A stretch of 64,000 nucleotides of DNA from the human T2T-CHM13v2.0 reference genome, Homo sapiens: NCBI RefSeq assembly GCF_009914755.1, contig NC_060941.1; one strand, given 5' to 3'. Positions 59,026-64,000 of this stretch are shown piece by piece. The notes beneath the pieces were generated by a model. That model ran no database searches. It worked only from the letters and a program-made list of their open reading frames with translations, and was not told where the DNA came from. Made by a program: the position numbers and the translations under genes. Numbering within the stretch: the first letter of the stretch is position 1; every line of letters starts with the position of its first letter.

Positions 59026-60103
59026 GTACATGTGGTTTTTCCTCCCAGGATTTCTCTATCTCTTACTCATTGTCCAGGATAATGGGTTATCCTTCATCCA
59101 TAATCCAAAGGGTTGTTTTAGATGTACAAATATGTATCTAGTTAGTAATAACTCAATTCATTTCAACCACTCTTAACTGGGGACCCACAATGTGGAATGC
59201 ATGGTAGGGAATACAAGGGAAAGTTGGAGGATCCTTACTTTACAGCCCTTCCATTCTGTTTGGTGTACCTCAGCCTGAATGCCAACTATCTGCTCACTCA
59301 CCCATAAATGAAAGGACAAAGACAGAGGCCAAGATCTGGCCACATCTACAGAACCTCCACTCAATCCTACTATCCTGGATAGAGACCAGCAAAAGAGAAC
59401 ACCCAAAACCAGCAGAGGAGAATACCCCTCCCAGCCTCCTGGAAAACACAGCACAGCTCCTTATTTAACCTTGAGGCTTACCAGATATTGAAGAAACCCG
59501 ACAACACGCAAGATAAAGACAGATGGACAGACACAGACACACACACACAACAAAAACAGCCAGTGAAAATAACAAAGAGAATATTCTTCAAGTTATAATT
59601 AGCGTCTTTGAAGGAAATTTTAAAAAATGATATCCATCAAACAAGAATTAGATGCCATTGTACAAAGAAAGCACTATTGGAGAATTATAAAGACCTCTTT
59701 TAAATGTAAAATTGTATCATCTATGGCATTCAAAATTCAGTGAGAGGATGGGAAGATAAAGGCAACATCCCAGGATAAAGTTATAAGCAGTATTATGTAT
59801 TGTGTGTGTGTGTGTATGGTAAAATATTCACACATGCACACACACACAGATACAGAAAGTGCGAGAGGTGAGATGATGTATAGAGGATCAATTTAGGTTA
59901 TCCAACATGTTACCAGTAAGAATTCTAGAAAAAGAACAGAAAGATAACTAGAGCTGGAAAGACATGTATCCACATTGGAAAGACAGTACTGAACAGAATG
60001 ACTTCAAATGAATCTGTGCAGTGACACATCATAATGCAATTTCAGAGGTCAAGAGTCAAGAGAAAAGAATAAGTCTCCTAGTTGAGTGAGGAGGTAGTAC
60101 TAG

Positions 60104-60614
60104 TGTATTAATACCTGAGACTGGGTAGTCAGGAAAGAGGTTTAATTAACTCACAGTTCTGCATGGCTGGGGAGGCCTCAGGAAACTTACAATCATGGCA
60201 GAAGGTGAAGGAGAAGCAAGTCCTTCCTCACAAGGCAGCAGGAAAGAGAGAGAAAGAGTGGAGGGGAAATAAAGAGCTGCAGACACCCTTTGTCTTCCTT
60301 GCACAGTGCATTTTTCCTTTGTAACATTTATCACAGATCTAATTAAATAACAATCTGCTACAAATCAGGTGGAGGAGCAAGGGCTTGAAATGAAGTGTAA
60401 GTTCAGACTCCATGCTCTGTTCTGCATGCTACACCTCCTCCCTGCACCATGCTGGTTATAAAACCATCAGATCTCGTGAGAACTCACTCAGTATCACAAG
60501 AACAGCATGGGGGAAACTGCCCCCATGATCCAACCACCTCCCACCAGATCCCTCCCTCGACACATGGGGATTCGAGATGAGATTTGGGTAGGGACACAAA
60601 GCCAAACCATATCA
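60104..60614 (-). mobile_element. THE1/MST-type MaLR LTR, interrupted at ~60270-60455
   Basis: cacagttctgcatggctggggaggcctcaggaaacttacaatcatggcagaagg ... ttataaaaccatcagatctcgtgaga ... gagatttgggtagggacaca...aaaccatatca. Confidence 0.88.
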
Positions 60615-61496
60615 ACAAGTGATCCAGGAAAGGAATGAAATTTAAAAGGAACTCAGAATCTCTTGTCAGCTAAATTGGATATTTGAGAATAAGAAAAGCA
60701 GTCCTTCAAAGTTTTTAAGGGAAATGATTTCAAGACTAGAATTCTATACAACCAAATTATCATCCATGATATTCTCAGACTCATAAATGTTACTTCTTAT
60801 GCACCCTTTTTGAGTAAGTTACTTGAGGACATACTACAGCAAAACAAGAATGAAAAACAAGAAAAATATTGTGAGATTCAAAAAAATCAAGAATCAAGAA
60901 AAAAAATCCTGAAACGACAGCCGTTAGCAGGCCTAGAAAGCAATCAATTCAAATTAGAGCTGGAAGTCAGTAGTCTCCCAGAAAAGAGAACCTTAAGAAA
61001 AGTGAATTTATTCAAAGCAAGAATAGAGTAATAAGCTGAAAGTTCTTATGTGTTTTATTGAACTTCTAAGTTGTGGGGACTTGTAAGTTATGTGTACAAA
61101 ATCAATTGTTCCCTCCTCTCTGTTTCCACAGCACCTTATAAATACCTCTAAGATAGTACTTATCCTCTTACCTTAGAATAATTTGTCCACATGACTTTCT
61201 TCTCCATCACACTATAAGATCACAGAGGGCAGGAGGATCACATCTGAATCCCCCTCGCCTGGCACACTCTGTAGCACTTGGTTGGTGACTAATAATTATA
61301 TAACTGAATGATGAATACAGGAACAAATGAATCATGTTGCCCCTATATTTCAGACCTCCTGACATCTTGGGGTAGATAACTCTTCCTCTGTTGACTTCAG
61401 GTCTCACTTCAGACACCAGCTGGGGTCACAGAAGAGCAGTTGGGATGCAGGTGAGTCACAGGCTGGTCCCTCTGGCTGAATTTCCTGCCTCCTCAG

Positions 61497-61707
61497 GTGG
61501 TCCAGCTGGAGGAGCTCCTGGCTGTGCGGCACTCTGTATTTGTGGTGGGTGGCGCTGGTACCGGCAAGTCACAGGTGCTGAGGTCCTTGCACAAGACCTA
61601 TCAGATCATGAAACGGCGCCCCGTCTGGACTGACCTCAATCCCAAAGCAGTCACAAATGATGAGCTCTTTGGCATCATCAGTCCAGCCACAGGAGAATGG
61701 AAGGATG
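61497..61707 (+). CDS. DNAH9: DNAH9 coding exon (211 nt; AAA2 Walker A)
   Basis: cctcag|GTG ... GATG|gtaaga. Encodes [70 protein letters not shown](G). Confidence 0.96.
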
Positions 61708-61963
61708 GTAAGAGTGGGATTCTCCCAGGAGAAAGTCTCTGCTAGCCTCAGAGTCCCTGTGGCGGGCTTGGATGCAGTTGGGTGAATTGCAGAAGCAAAC
61801 ATTGGACTGATCTGTTTGGAACCGCGGAGGGAGACAAAAAAGCCAGTAGAAAGGGAGAAACCAATTTTGGCTTGCAGGGGAACTTCAGTTTTTCAGATAT
61901 TCTCCCTCCTTGGGGACCTCTTCCAGCTGCCTTTTAGAGAGTGCATTTAAAGAGGATAAAGCT

Positions 61964-62297
<334 letters not shown>

Positions 62298-62915
62298 TCA
62301 GCTGTAGTTCACTGACTCTGGAGTATGAGCCGTGGTGTAGAGTGTTAATGCTGCCTGGCAGTAGACTTCAAGTATGTGTTGGGTAGGGAAGCCCACGGCT
62401 CATTCCCAAAGAAGTGGTGCAGTCTGGCATCCTATAAAGGGCACGACTCCCCTATTTGATGTTGCCCCAGCAGTGATGGGGAAGCTGCATGCTACAGAAC
62501 CTTGTGCGCATGCCAGGCCCCTGATGATTATCCATTCAATCTCAAGAGGGCCCCTAGAGCCATATTCCTTTCTACAGTGATTCAGAGGCCCCCAACCCTG
62601 GGTGCTGATCTCAGCCTTACCTTCAAAGAACTAAACTTCACCAATAGACATTGTAAAGGGTCGTTTGGCACTGGAGGACAGCAGAAAAGAAAGTTGAGGG
62701 GGAAAAAAAGAGGTCCTTGAGCTGATAAGGAGGACCTCTTTCTAAAACCTATGTAGCTTCTGGAATGAGGAAATCTCAGCTCCTTCCTGATGTTTCAATG
62801 TCTGACCACATCCGGGTCAAACTCTCTGGATTTCTCTAATTTAGGAGCTTTCATCTGAGGTCTAGAACACAAGGATTTAACAACCAGAGTCTAATTTTTA
62901 TTTTGCTGTTAATGA

Positions 62916-63309
<394 letters not shown>

Positions 63310-64000
63310 AAGAGTTTTTTAATATATCAAAGATATTAACCCCTTATCTGTCACATGCATTGCTAATGCTTCCCCAACCTATTCTTTGTCTATAGACACT
63401 TTATTCTCCCATGCTCTTTTTAACAAAGGAAATTATGCCTGTCTAGTCTTTTTAGCATCTGGGATTTCTATTAGTTTATAATTCTTCAGCTGCTGATCTA
63501 GTATCATAAATTTGGTCAAAAAAGATTCTTTTTACATTAACATTTTTTATCCATCTGGAATTTATGTTGGGGCTTAGTATGAGGCAGGGTACAGAATCAA
63601 CTTTATTTCCTTCCAGATGGATAATTGATTGTAACCGTACCATTTATTAAGTAAACTATCCTTTCCCTCTGAATTTAAACACCAGCTTGTCATTTACTAA
63701 ATTGCATATGTATATTGAGATCTGATTCTGGGCTTTCTATTCTGTTTGACTCACCTGTTTATCTAATCCTATACTAATGTCATTTTATTTCAGTTACAAT
63801 CATTTTATAACATATTTTAATATCCAATGAGGTAAGTCCCTCCTCAGTAATCTTTTGTAATTTTATTGTCTTGTCTCAGGCACTTCTTTTTTCATATTAA
63901 ATATAAGCTCAATAATATAATTCAAACTTTTAAGTCTGAATTCTAGTTAAAATTTTATTAGATTTATACATTAAATTTGGGAAAATTGACAAGATATAAT

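Overview
Human (primate) genomic DNA from the interior of DNAH9 (axonemal outer-arm dynein heavy chain), transcribed on the + strand. Thirteen internal coding exons (2,867 nt in total; all GT-AG, all phases compatible) were reconstructed by hand. They encode the end of the stem/linker, all of AAA1 (Walker A GPAGTGKT, Walker B CFDEFNR, sensor motifs) and the start of AAA2 (GGAGTGKS). The rest is intron filled with Alu, L1, MIR/L2, MaLR LTRs, hAT/mariner fossils and microsatellites. Nearly all other ORFs in the track are repeat-derived noise. The most unusual signal is a cluster of short, direct-orientation, locally templated copies: (1) a ~190-bp element I could not assign to a repeat family, present twice, one copy bracketed by a perfect 14-bp direct repeat; (2) a ~167-bp copy of intron sequence dropped inside an LTR that preserves the pre-Alu empty site; (3) a 54-bp fossil of coding-exon sequence 1.4 kb upstream of its exon; (4) a 173-bp tandem duplication breaking at the apex of a MADE1 palindrome. 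No new protein-coding or RNA gene could be supported. Repeat boundaries and subfamily calls are by eye and approximate.
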